From the NCBI GenBank assembly GCA_017654855.1, contig CM030333.1:3348001-3412000 (forward strand): DNA of 64,000 nt, given 5' to 3'. The position numbers and the translations under genes are program-made. The notes below the pieces were generated by a model. That model saw only the letters and a program-made list of their open reading frames with translations. It was not told where the DNA came from and did no database searches. Source of the stretch: Podospora anserina (lineage: Eukaryota). The stretch's first letter is position 1. Every line of letters starts with the position of its first letter. Positions 38,624-50,748 of this stretch are shown here, piece by piece.

Positions 38624-39503
38624 GTTGGTAGATTTTGAGGAGGTGATAAACTGGATGTGGTAGATGGAATTAGTATATGGATGGAATTTGCAGAAGCAGG
38701 ACAGGTCAAAGACTCAAGCGCTTGCTTCTGATGGGCATGCGAACCCCTTATGTAGAAAGCTAGGTATACAACCCCCTCATTCCGAGTCATGTCCCATCCC
38801 ACCTCATAACCGTAGAGCTGTCCAGCTCGTCGTGAAAGAGCTTGACCAGCAGGTTGACTATCATCGGATGATCAAGCGCAGCTGTCATGACATCAGGTAT
38901 GCGTTCATTTACGAACACTACCACCCTTATTCAGATGAACGAACAGTCGTGTAGATCCGCTCATCCATAATTTAAGTGAAAAATAAATAAAAAACCACAG
39001 GAAACCCCGGGCACGCTATCAGTCAAACAAATAAAAGACACACTATTTACTTTGTTTCCTCCTTCAAAGATTGGTGCGAGTATATACGCAATAGGGAGCA
39101 AAAGAAAAAGCACAGCTACAAGTACCTAGCTGAAGCTACAGACACCTTAAAACTCTACACCTCTATACAAATCCCCGCTCAAGTGTTGAATAGCGTATGG
39201 CTGCAGAGTGGCTTCGACTGGACTCCGCAGTTCTGCTTACCCATCACACAGCGTATATCTCTATAAAGTGGATTAAGTTCCAGTGAAGTCAGAAGTGTTC
39301 ACATGCAACATCACCTTGAGCGCATGCCAAAATCTCCCTAACCACTCCATACAAAATCGTCATTCTTGTCTATCATAAGGTATCTCACCCGTACATAGTC
39401 ATTCTCATGAGCTATCCATAACCATTCATAACCCATACATTATTCCCATAACACCTGGCTACCAAATCCCAACCACGCCCTCAACCCCCCCCCCCCTTCC
39501 CCG

Positions 39504-42500
39504 TTAACGATACTGATACCCCCACCCAGCCCCATCACGACTATTACTCGGCATCTGTCCCGGCGGCCTAATCACTGTTCCCACACCGGTACCACTCGGC
39601 GCCACAACCATACTAAACGGCCGGCCTCCAACCCCCCTAAACCCACCACCACCACTACCAAAAACCGGCCCCCCGCTATTACCCCCCCCGTTGAAACCTT
39701 GCGAAGGAAAAGGCGGATAATTCCCCGGCTGGTACAACGGCGGCTGAGAATTCTGATGCAAGTGCTGAACCGGTTGCTGATGGTGTGGCACTTGCGCCGT
39801 CATCTGCAGTGTTCGCCCGCCCTGCTGCATTTGGCCACCACCACCACCACCACCAGCGTGTTTTGCATTCTTTTGTAGTTTCATCCCCGGACTGCTCGGC
39901 CCCCCACCTCCTTTGCGCAGACTATCACTCCTAAAAAGTTTCCCAATATTGAAGAAAGAGCTCTTTTGTGGTTCTTGCTGCGGTGGGGGGGAGAACATGC
40001 GTTGCGGTTGGATAAATTGCTGTGGTTGGGGCGGTGGTGCTGCCTGGGCTTGAGCTCCTGGTGGGTTCATGTTTGTTGATGGGGGAGATGTGGGTGGGGT
40101 GAATGCGGTGTATTTTTGCGGTTGAGATGGTGGTGGTGCTGGGGAAGACCGGTTTGGAGTTGGTGTTGTCCGTCGTAAAGAGGCTGTTCTTTGGGGTACT
40201 AAGCCGGGGGGCACACGGTCGTCTGTGTTGGGGTGTGTGTGTAGGTTTGTGATTTGCGGTGGTGATCCGACAATGGACCAGCGTTTGTTTGTAGTAGGCG
40301 GTGGTTGAGAGGAAAGATCTGTATCAGGGCTGATAAACATGCTATATCGGTTATTACTTGTCGACGAGGGCGGGGAAGCACCAGCTGGCGGAACTTGGCA
40401 ATTTGATTTTGGCGGCGCTGGGGATACTGAAGGCGGGATTTGTGAAAGATCCACTGGGTGGGAGTTGAGCGGATGATGACCAGCTGGGAGAACATATGGA
40501 GTCGCTTTAGACACGGGAGGCGTCCCTGATGTTGGTGCTTTCGGCGGTAAAGATGGCGGAGGGGTACGAAGATTCGAGCTGTGTGATTTTGGTGTGTGAG
40601 GCATCTTTGGTCGTCGAGGCGGACCGTGCTGATTCGGAATTTGGGAAGATGAATCTCGAGCACCGCTGTGATTAGATGCTTGTCTTGTTGTTAACTGAGG
40701 ATTCATATACCCTCCATCGTTAGGGCCAGGTTGAAGATTCGAGTTTTCTCCAGCACCAGACTGAAAGTATTGAGCCTGCCACGGTGTTGGCCTAGTCGTC
40801 GGGGGCAAAGATTGACGTTTGTTGGCCGCACTTGAAAACTGTCCATGGTCCTGATTCCGCGATGATTCGCGCGGAAGAATATGCTGTAGAGGTGTGCCAA
40901 CATTCCTGATAGGACCCTGTGGCGCTGGCATTACCGGCGTGTTGTCAAGAGTGTAAACGTTCGTTGTGTCCGGCGATGAGATCTGACCAGGTACGGGGCC
41001 CGAGTGAACCTTCGCCAAGGGCTGTGCCGTGACACCGAGTAAATCCCCAGGTTCGGCTGCTTGTTGTCCTTTGCCCCACGTATAAGTTCGAGCAGAAAAA
41101 CTGGGAAACGGTGGCTCGGAGGGAGTAGTTGCTGCATGCTTCGACGGCAAAGGCGGCGTTTGCGGTGGACTGACAGGATCCGGGACCCTAGTTGCCTGTA
41201 TTTCTGGCGTGCTCATTGCAGGGACGGATGCCATCTGGTGGTCTGATGGCACTGGTGTGGTCTCCCGGGACACTATGTAAACTTCGGTAGGTGGTGCTGG
41301 GGGCCTAAGAGTAGATGATACGGTTGGCAAACGGTTCTGGATATCAGGAGGAGGAGGAGGAGATTTACGGGTGAGCTTCAAGGGCTGCGGGACATCGGGA
41401 CTTGAGGGCGGGAGGGGAGCAGCAACATCCGGAGATCGCGTCGTACTTGCCTCGCTGATGTTGTAATGATAAGACAAAGCTGGTTGGGACTTAACATTCT
41501 GCAGGGCGCTTGGCGCACTAGGAGCTGACGGAGGGATCTGAGGGCGCATAGCGTAGTATGAGCCGGTCATGGAGTCGCCTGGGGCAGTGCTTGTTCTCGG
41601 AAACGCAGGCCGATCTGGACCTCCCGGATCGGCAGCTGCTTGGCCGTAGCCTGTTTTAGACAACATCTCAACGGTTTCCTCAATGTCTCGCTGCAAATCC
41701 CACGAGGTAGGTTTGTAGGCCGTGTACCTCTGATTGGTGTCTGTGCTGTGGCTCGGTGGGCCTTGACTCGGCGGACTCTTGCTTTGGGGGCGGGATTTCG
41801 TGAGCACAGGGCGTCCTCGGGCAGGCTGAAGAACCGACGGAACATGAGTGAGCCCTGAAGCGTTGCCCGGTTGTGGAGGCGAGGAAGTATTCTCTTTCCT
41901 CAATCCATATCCAGGAACGGGTGGTGTGCTTTCGTCATCCACTGGCTGCTTCAGTGAAACCATTGGCGCTGACAAGGCGGCGGGAATCTCGGGCCGTCTC
42001 CAATTGGATGGCGGTGGTCCTGCGAGCGAGTGTCTCTTATTTTCTCCGACCGGAGCCTGTCTGGGAGCTTCCTCGGCAACGGTGTTGATGGTTGGATTCC
42101 ACGGCCGGTATTGTCCCTGATACGGATCTCTTGCTGAATTCTGCTGTGTGGCGGTCGGAGCCGGCTGAGGCATCGAGTTCTGGCGGAGAGGAGGCCGGTG
42201 AGGATCTGAAGATGCTTGCTGGTTGTTGAGGCTCGGAGATCCGGACGACAGTGTTTTTTGCTCTGTGCTACCTAATCGATGCATTCGACTTGGGGGTATC
42301 GCTTCCGAATGCAACTCCGAAGGGGCCAGAGGAAAGGCGTTGGCATAAATCAGTGGCGGGCCAGTATCCATCATGATATCGTTGCCTGGCAATTCGACCG
42401 GCGTGGGGTTTATATCCTCGTGACATTGCCCAGTCAATTCGCTGGGAAGCTCGGCCACGAACCCAACCGGCGTGTATGCAACCTGGCGACTGTCGAGTAA

Positions 42501-43274
42501 CGGGATTGCGTCAACTACAGGGGCACTTTCTCCATGGACTTCCGAAATTTGCACACTGTCGATCTCTTGGGTTGTACGAGCAGGTGGGCTTTGAACAGGA
42601 GGTCGACTTTCATGCGCAGGTTGGGCTATGACTGGCGGGCTCTCAATTACATTGTAACTTTCGATCAAAGGCTGACTCTGAGTTACAGGCGGGCTCTCGA
42701 TAACAGGTGGGCTTTCGATGACAGGGAGGCTTTGGACAACGAGTGGAGTAGTTTCGGCGCTTACAACCGGTGATATATTCGATTGCTGCGGTAATACCTC
42801 TGAGGTCGGTGGCGGAGCTGGCGACCGAGTTGGAACTGGCGCTGAAGTCGGCTTTGGAGGATTTGTCTGGCCAGTTTCAGAGTCTTTCTTTGGCGGTAGA
42901 TCATCCTCATCTTCCTGCAGTGGACTTATGTCATCGTAAGCTCCCGGTCCCATGTACATGAAGATATCAGGCTGGAACCAAGGAGCGCTGGAACCATCTT
43001 CGTCCTCGGCAATCGTAGCCTTTGCCAGGGTGCTTTTTGCTTTCGCAGTAGAGGTCCTCTCGCCGACGGTACTCCTCCTTTTGACTTGTAACTGGCTCAC
43101 AAGTCTTTCCTCGGGCTCCAGGTCGATGGGGGCGCTATCGTCTATGCTTTGGGGAAACTCGTCGCCAGGCTGGGGAAAATGAAACTGGGTAATCCCCGTG
43201 GGTTTGTAGCGGTAGAACCATCTTTGACTCTCTCCATCGTAATCCCACTCCCAATTTTCGGGAAGCGCAGACAT
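39504..43274 (-). CDS. Large Pro/Ser-rich protein with N-terminal WW-like domain
   Basis: Intronless 1256-aa ORF. LPENWEWDYDGESQRWFYRYKPTGITQFHFP is WW-like, followed by a mostly disordered P/S/Q-rich body with xELPx motifs. Confidence 0.8.
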   Translation of the reverse strand: MSALPENWEWDYDGESQRWFYRYKPTGITQFHFPQPGDEFPQSIDDSAPIDLEPEERLVSQLQVKRRSTVGERTSTAKAKSTLAKATIAEDEDGSSAPWFQPDIFMYMGPGAYDDISPLQEDEDDLPPKKDSETGQTNPPKPTSAPVPTRSPAPPPTSEVLPQQSNISPVVSAETTPLVVQSLPVIESPPVIESPPVTQSQPLIESYNVIESPPVIAQPAHESRPPVQSPPARTTQEIDSVQISEVHGESAPVVDAIPLLDSRQVAYTPVGFVAELPSELTGQCHEDINPTPVELPGNDIMMDTGPPLIYANAFPLAPSELHSEAIPPSRMHRLGSTEQKTLSSGSPSLNNQQASSDPHRPPLRQNSMPQPAPTATQQNSARDPYQGQYRPWNPTINTVAEEAPRQAPVGENKRHSLAGPPPSNWRRPEIPAALSAPMVSLKQPVDDESTPPVPGYGLRKENTSSPPQPGNASGLTHVPSVLQPARGRPVLTKSRPQSKSPPSQGPPSHSTDTNQRYTAYKPTSWDLQRDIEETVEMLSKTGYGQAAADPGGPDRPAFPRTSTAPGDSMTGSYYAMRPQIPPSAPSAPSALQNVKSQPALSYHYNISEASTTRSPDVAAPLPPSSPDVPQPLKLTRKSPPPPPDIQNRLPTVSSTLRPPAPPTEVYIVSRETTPVPSDHQMASVPAMSTPEIQATRVPDPVSPPQTPPLPSKHAATTPSEPPFPSFSARTYTWGKGQQAAEPGDLLGVTAQPLAKVHSGPVPGQISSPDTTNVYTLDNTPVMPAPQGPIRNVGTPLQHILPRESSRNQDHGQFSSAANKRQSLPPTTRPTPWQAQYFQSGAGENSNLQPGPNDGGYMNPQLTTRQASNHSGARDSSSQIPNQHGPPRRPKMPHTPKSHSSNLRTPPPSLPPKAPTSGTPPVSKATPYVLPAGHHPLNSHPVDLSQIPPSVSPAPPKSNCQVPPAGASPPSSTSNNRYSMFISPDTDLSSQPPPTTNKRWSIVGSPPQITNLHTHPNTDDRVPPGLVPQRTASLRRTTPTPNRSSPAPPPSQPQKYTAFTPPTSPPSTNMNPPGAQAQAAPPPQPQQFIQPQRMFSPPPQQEPQKSSFFNIGKLFRSDSLRKGGGGPSSPGMKLQKNAKHAGGGGGGGQMQQGGRTLQMTAQVPHHQQPVQHLHQNSQPPLYQPGNYPPFPSQGFNGGGNSGGPVFGSGGGGFRGVGGRPFSMVVAPSGTGVGTVIRPPGQMPSNSRDGAGWGYQYR

Positions 43275-44140
43275 GATGGTCTTCGCGTTGGTTGAGAATA
43301 CAACTCGATCTTCGAATCGCGTGTTTATGATCGGTGTGCGCCCAGCCAGAGCCTTGTCTATAGCTCGATCCGATGCCAGTACCGAGTTAACCCCGCAGGA
43401 GAAGGGTTGTCAAAAAGGTGTTTGGGAGCTGTCTCTACCTGAAGAAACCCATGGTGTATCTTGGTGTCTCAGGACTGAGAGGGCAGAAAAAAAGACGGGA
43501 GCCTGACAACTTGTCAGGTAGATGAAAAGAAAAGCGTAAGAGGGGACAGTAAGCGGTAAGTAATAAATTCCTAGCGGGAGAACTCGACGCCGTGCGCGCT
43601 TCCAGGCCTGGTGCCAGCAAGCAGAATATCAGCACGCTTTCCTCTTAACAGCATGGGGTGGCTGGACGATGCCCAATGAAAGGGACTGAGGCTTAGGCAG
43701 TCCGACATAAATTGATCAAACATGCCCAACAAAAGTCCCAGGTTGGCTGTCCACCCAAGCATTCAGCCTCAGTACTAGTGCATCGAGCTGAGGCTGGCTC
43801 TCTGTTGGCGCCAACTCACGCCGATATTTTCAACTTGAGCCGAATCGAGCTTTGAAGAGGCCTGCCCTTATTACTCTGTACTTCATCAAGCATTGGTATT
43901 GAGAAGAGTGCGGCATTTCGGCTTCCCCGCACTTACTGAGGTTCCAATGTGATGCCAAGCATCGCTCACGCATGAGTAGGAGCATGGAGGAGGGAAAAGA
44001 TGCTGTTTGAGGGAAATACGTGAGTAAATAGGCCCAAGAATATAGAAAGATCATGTGTTGAGACTGATACCACGATAGGTCGAATAATCGATAGCTGGAT
44101 AACTCCGTAGATGATCATGCAATAAATTCAGATGAGCTTT

Positions 44141-44180
44141 TGGCAGGCAGTGGCAGGCAGTGGCAGGCAGTGGCAGGCAC
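44141..44180. repeat. 10-nt tandem repeat (TGGCAGGCAG) x4
   Basis: Seen directly, in the divergent promoter between the WW gene and the MscS-like gene. Confidence 0.9.
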
Positions 44181-44931
44181 AGAATGTTAAAAGGGCGGGG
44201 GACACTTGGCCCTGGCTCTCTGCCAGGGGTGCCTGAAGGGTCCACCACATTGACGTCACAGCCAAGAGATAAGATGGGGCAGGCAGGACGATCGCTGGTC
44301 CACCTCATCCCAATACTGCAATTCAACGCGTTCGAAAACTCCATCTTCTCCTCTTCCATGCATCGGGAGAGATGAACTTTTCTTGTGAAACCGGCATCTT
44401 GCAGACGGCCAAGACACGATGGAGGGTCCACCCCAACCACAGGGAACCACGACACCCCGATCAACGGTCCCTGAGTTTCCCCCTGGGTGGCCACAGATCG
44501 CTTCAAGATATTGACAGATATCGACAAGATGAGATGAATGTATCTGAAAGCCACCTGGAAGTGCTGGACCACGGCTGGTGGGGTTGAAACCCAGTTGATG
44601 ACAATCAAGGCTTGGGCTAATGGCTCTGTTGGCGTCGGTAGAACCCAAGAAAGCGTTCAGCCATGCGGCAATACGCAACCGACGGAGCCAGCACTACTAC
44701 CTCCCATTCCATGACAAGACCTGGTTGGCGTCGTCCCACAACTGCTGTGGATCGCTTGTGTTGATCTGTCGGACTGTTTGAAGCCCCGAGTGAAAACCCT
44801 TGAAGTACACAAGCCGTCTGTCCACATCCCCAGTTTTCCAGCTTTTCTTTTTGACTCGATTTCCATGGACTGGACATTAGAGCACCAAAACCGACCTTAT
44901 ACTTTCATTCATCCACGCTCAATGCACCATC

Positions 44932-47574
44932 ATGCGCTCCTCGGAGGAGGGCATGCCCGAACTGGGCTCAGAGGGACGACCGACCCTTCGTGTTCAGATG
45001 CCGTCTTACTCAGAAATGAGCTCAAACAGTGAAAAGCCCAAGGGCACTCTTGATCCCGACCATTTGGCTCCCGAAACGGCACCCCTCAGCCCCGCCGAGT
45101 CTAGAGAAGTCGCCAACAGACTTAACGACGACCTCGAGCTTCTCCGTGTCGAACGTATTGTCTCTCATCAGCAACAAAACGACGCCCGTTCGAGAAACCG
45201 AAGTCACCATGAGCGTCCCGACCAGGTCGAAGATGCCTTCAACTCAGCCACGCCTGCTCCCATCACCGCCAGGACTCCGGAGAAAAAGTCGACCTGGCTT
45301 ACACGACTTTGGGTTTCGTTGAAGAGATTCCCTCGCGTTCTTCGCTACGTTGTCTACGCCATCCCAGCCGGCATCCTCATTCTGATACCAGTCTTCTTGG
45401 ACTTGTTTGCCTATGACGGCAATAGCGAACCAGTTGGTGGTGAGGGAGGTGTTCAGCTGCTCTGGTTTGGAATCTGGCTTGAGGTGGTCTGGTTATCGCT
45501 ATGGGCTGGTCGCATTCTCACCTCCATCATTCCTGCCACCGTTGCCTTCATTGCAGATACCGTCGGATCAAGCAACCACAAGAAGTGGCGGGATATTGGA
45601 CGCCAAATGGAGTTTCCGACTGCCCTTTTCGTTTGGATGCTGGCCGTCTTGGTGTCATACAAGCCTATATTGAATCACCGAGTCATTAATGATCCCGACA
45701 ATGACGGCAGCATACCCTATGTCACCTGGGTCGATGTTCTTTACAAGATCATCATAGCCTTGTTTGTGCTGGCAACGCTCAATGTGGCCGAGAAGATTCT
45801 GATTCAGTGGATCGCAGCTTCGTTCCACCTGCGTACCTACTCGCACCGCATTCGGGAAAACCAGATGCAAATCGACTGCCTTATCACTCTTTACTCGTAC
45901 GCCAAAACCCGGCTGGAAGAACAAGACCCGGTCTGGGATCCCAACAGTGACAGGAACAACTCTTCTGGGAGCCGAACACCGATGAAGGCCATCCATTCCA
46001 ATGCCCGTCAGGCTTGGAACAAGGTGGGCAACGCCGCCAGTCGCATGGCTGGTGACTTTACCGGGCGAAAGGTTGCCAAGAACAATCACAAGAGAGTTGT
46101 GTTGGAGCTGCTCCGAGAGACAGCATCGAGTTACACACTCGCCCGCGTCTTTTACCGTACTTTTGTTCGTCCGGACCACAACACTATCACGGTAGATGAT
46201 CTCCTGCCAGCATTCCCAACTCCTGAGGAGGCTGAGTTATGCTTCAACGTCTTTGACAAAGATCTCAATGGTGACATTTCGATGGAGGAGCTTGAGATGG
46301 TTTGCAACGAGATCCACCTGGAGAAGAAGGCGATTGCCGCCTCTTTGAAGGATCTGGACTCTGTCATCAAGAAGCTGGACGAAGTGTTCATGTTTCTTGT
46401 TGCGGTTATTGTCATCATTGTGTTTATCAGCATCATCTCCAACTCGGCCGCTGCAGCGCTCACCTCGACGGGTACGGTTATACTGGGTTTGTCGTGGCTT
46501 CTTCAGGCCACCGCTCAGGAATTTCTTCAGGTATGTTCAACCGCAATCGTTTAAGATACCGTGTATGCTGACGGATTCTAGTCCATCATCTTCGTCTTTG
46601 TCAAACACCCCTTCGACGTCGGTGACCGCGTCACCATCTACGGCAATACCGGCTCCATGATGCGAGGTGATGACTACTACGTCATCGAGATCTCCCTTCT
46701 CTACACCGAGTTCAAGAAAATGGAAGGTCATGTCGTGCAAGCGCCCAACTCGCTGCTCAACAACCTCTTCATCCTCAACCAGCGCCGCAGTCAAGGTCTC
46801 GCCGACCCGATCAATCTCAAGCTCCGCTTCGGCACGACAGAAGCCCAAATCGAGGAGCTCAAGTCCAGAATGCTGGAATTTTGCCTCCAGAACAAGCGTG
46901 ATTATGCCCCGAGGATTATCTCTGAAGTTCAGACCATTGACGAGGTTGCCTCGATCACCATGAACATCATCTTTTTCCACAAGAGCAACTACCAAAACGA
47001 GCTCCTCCGTCTCACACGCCACAACCGTTTTGCCGTCGAGCTCATGAGGCAGATGCACGACATGGGTCTGGAGACGCCTCGTCTTGTTGCGCCTGGTGGT
47101 GGGAGGGACATGCCTATGTATTGGGCTTCGATCCCACCCCCTGGGTACTCCCAGCGGGATCATGGGCCTGACAACACACCTGGAACTACTGGCGAACCCG
47201 TCACGGCCGTGCCTCTTCCCAGCCCGAACGCAGCAGCAAGGAGGAGGGCCAACAGCCGTGCCGCGGTTGTGGAGGCGGGGATGGATTTTCAGGATGTGTA
47301 TCACAGCCGGAAGAGGGATAATTCCGTGACGAGGCTGGCGTCGATTAGTCAGTCGCCGAGGGAGGATGAGGAGGAGGAGAATAATGGGGATGGGGCCTCT
47401 CGGGCGGGGGTGAGTATTGATCAGCATCTGGAGAAGGTTGCGAGTAGGGATAGTGCTTCAACTCGGAGAGGGAAGTTGTGGCCTATGAGGTCGGTAAGTA
47501 GGGCTGGGAGTGGGCAGCATCATTCTCGGTATCAGGGGAGTGGGGGGAGTGGTGCACCGGGAGCGATTGTTTAA
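44932..47574 (+). CDS. MscS-like mechanosensitive channel with EF-hand (Msy1/Msy2 family)
   Basis: TM helices, EKILIQWIAASFH, EF-hand DKDLNGDISMEE. Intron 46531..46581 joins to SIIFVFVKHPFDVGDRVTI...EISLLYTEFKKMEGHVVQAPNSLLNNLFILNQRRS. Confidence 0.92.
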
Positions 47575-48228
47575 GTGTAGGGAGGGTTTAATGATGGGCT
47601 TATGGGAAGGGATTTTGGCTGTTGAAGGCGGATACCCGGGAGGCAAGGCAACATTTTTTACGTTCATTTTTTTCGCATTTGCAGACACACACACACATTT
47701 TTACATACTGGGCCTGTGGCCGCATAGGTATATTTTGGGCTTTTTAACATTTTCTAGATACCTACAGCAGAGTTTCCATTTTTGTCACGCATATCAAATA
47801 GGGAATGAGTTCTCAGCAACAACATTAATGCCTCTGGCCGATAAAATATTGATACAGCAAATTGTCCCTTTTTTTTTAAAAAAAATAAAAAAAAAGAAGT
47901 AACATACATAACCCTCAGGCATCGTTCATGTAGGGTTGATGATGCAAGTCTAACCCAACAACGGACCTTCAATCTGCCACCTGAGCAGCTTCTTATGTGA
48001 CTGTCTCGCATTAATGAATCCTGAATGGGTGTAGAGATCTGTACTCTGACTGGGCACACAGACTTTTGCTGACAAGGGCTCAGTCCCGTCGGGTAGCCAG
48101 CGCATACACGTATATTTCAGCTGAGCCTCGCCCCCTTTATAAAGGCAGGAGTTTTCTAGAAAGTATAACACTCATCACGCCCACTCCCAGGCCTAAAACA
48201 TGACAACCATTACTGAATCATTCTCAAA

Positions 48229-49763
48229 ATGGCCAACAACCTAGACTCGAATGTCCTCGCCAATTGGTCGCTTTCCAAGATCAATTTCACTGTTGATTGT
48301 AAAGGCGCAGCCAAGTTTGCCGCGCTTCTGTTGATGGAGGAGGACACAAAGACGTATATAGGGAATCTTACCAGTTTCCATACGATGCATTCATCAACAT
48401 GATGCAGAATATTACGCCGGACCCTTTTGTCAATATTTCCCGAGGGATGATTCTGAACTGGGTGTCTACGATGTACGAAAACACGACCTGGGATACATAT
48501 AGCGTGATAAGCCCTATCATCCGTAGGTGACGAATGCAGTTCTGTCGGAGCCAACCGTGGCAGGGCATTCCCGATCTGGATGGCATAGGGGTGAGTCGAT
48601 GAGACTACTAAAGTTCATTACCCTATCTAAGAGTATAAGGCTGATGATAAATGTGGCGCAGGTCTTTAGTTCATACGTCGTTCAAGTCTCACTCGCCACA
48701 ATATATATTCTTACTCTTGGGATTCATGCAACTATCCCAATTTTGGATCATGAAACGCAGCACCCCGAGGGTGTTTTCTTTCAATGATAGAAAGGCATGA
48801 AATGCTCTTCAGACGAGCGCATCCATGTTCTGGGACTCTACAGCACTTTTCAGCATCACCATTGCCGCCGTCTCCGCTCTTGTCACCACAAGTACCTCGA
48901 TATCCATCTACAACGCCCTCTTTGTAAGGACGTCAGTCAACCTGACATGTTCAGTTCTTGCCCTTGTCTGGCCGTTGTCCTACCGCATTTTCCGGTATGT
49001 ATAGATTCGACGGATACTGTTTGTGTTGTTGTGTGTGGTTTTCGTACCCGTCATTCTTCCCCATGACACCCGTGACGGTTTGACCACCCCTTTTGAATAT
49101 CATTGCTTGGGTCCATTACCTGATGACATGGAAGTTTTACTATAGGGATGGCAACTCGTGGCTTGGTGTCATAGGATCTTTTGTTCAAATTCCACTGGTG
49201 GTGTTTGCTGAGTTGGTCACTGGACTGAGGGCTGCTGCGAAGGGCAGTTTTCAGCACTTGCCGAAGTCGAAAACACGAACCTTAATGACATCAGTACTCG
49301 GAAGAAGGTTGTCCGGGTTGATTACAACTGGTACCATAGGTAAAGGTTTGCAGAGGATTGATACTCCAAGGGGAAGATTTGCATTGAGATTTATCTGGTA
49401 CCTTTGGTTTTTTGTGACGATGTGGATCAACTTGGCCCACTACATTATTCTGAGAAACGCGGTATCGGATATGGCTGGAGAAACATTACAGGAGAATGCA
49501 TGGGATTCCGGTCAAGTGATGACGCTATCGACTTGGCTTCCAACGGTGATTGATTTTGCTTTGGTGTTTAGAGGTAAGCCCCTACATCATACACCTTATG
49601 CATATATACACCTTTTCTGACTGAGCACATCATCATGGGAAACCTCAAAGCCCTTGCTTACCGGCTGCCCCTTGGAGTGAATATTCAGACCGCTGGAGAG
49701 GATGTGGAATTCTATTTGATGGGCGTTCATTCTGTTGTCGACGGCATGCGACCTTGGAGTTGA
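48229..49763 (+). pseudogene. Decayed multi-TM fungal membrane-protein gene
   Basis: ATG 48229 with a frameshift near 48370 and in-frame TGA 48528 before FCRSQPWQGIPDLDGIG^VFSSYVVQ (intron 48591..48661). Further stops at 48785 and 49002 and more frameshifts. Ends with ENAWDSGQVMTLSTWLP, donor 49574, and last exon NLKALAYRLPLGVNIQ. Confidence 0.7.
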
Positions 49764-49862
49764 AACCAACATCTATCAACTTGAGGCCTGTGGGCTCAGG
49801 ACGGAAGTCCTAAGAGCAACCTGACCCGCCTGACCGACAGGGAGCAACTTCATTTCTCACAG

Positions 49863-50177
49863 TCTCTTCTGGAGCAGGAATGGAGCTTCGGGCAGGTTAT
49901 GGCACTGGCAACTTGGATTCCTACATTTCTGGATTTCACCCTGATATTCAAAGGTAATATTCCACCAAGAGACATGTTTTTTTTTTGGCATGAAAGCCTG
50001 GACTAACTGGGTGACTTGGACTGGTAGGGAACCTCAGGGCTCTAGTGTACCGACTCCCACTTGGAGTAAGTATTCAAGTTTGATGGCCAGAAGGATCACA
50101 CCGGGTCAACCGTGGCATTGCTGGAGACAAATTTGGACAAAAACGGGGCTCCCTGGAAAAGAAGAAGCTCGGTATGA
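49863..50177 (+). pseudogene. Second, paralogous copy of the terminal two exons of the preceding gene
   Basis: SLLEQEWSFGQVMALATWIPTFLDFTLIFKG, intron 49954..50027, then NLRALVYRLPLGVSIQV. Confidence 0.7.
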
Positions 50178-50695
50178 TTTCTGGTGAAAAGGGCGGGGCT
50201 CGCAACGGTGAGCGGTGCCAAATATCTACGCTTTGTTACAAAACACGGGCCTGGAAAAAGTACAGGTACCTGTTAGGGCACGACCAAAATACTGAAATTG
50301 TCATTTCTCCCTGCCAACTTCCGAGGCTATCACCTATCTCTAAGCCCAGAGTCGAGTCTATGGTGCCAGTCATACGTCTCGGGCCTATTCGAGTCTTCAC
50401 GTTGGAAAATCCACTATCGTGAAAAAGTATTAGGAACTAGTACCCGCTTGAGCTTCGATGAACTGACATCAGAGAGCTTGAAACATACCCGATAGCAGCA
50501 GGACGTGACGGCTCCCTGAAGGGACGACAGACGTAGCCACACAGATAAAGTCGTCTAGTGCCTATGGTGGGATGATCTTGCCCCTCTGGCCAGATATCTT
50601 GGTAGAACCTTCGTCGGTGCTTTTTGACTACCTCTATTAGGAAAGGCCTGGCTTTGAGGTGAACACCGCTCTCGATTATGACCCTAGACAGTTGG

Positions 50696-50748
50696 CGATT
50701 GCAAGTCAGGTGTCCGATTGCAAGTCAGAAGTCCGACTGCAAGCGACC
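50696..50748. repeat. 19-nt tandem repeat (CGATTGCAAGTCAG core) x~3
   Basis: Units start at 50696, 50715 and 50734, overlapping the stop of ORF 50725..51240. Confidence 0.8.
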
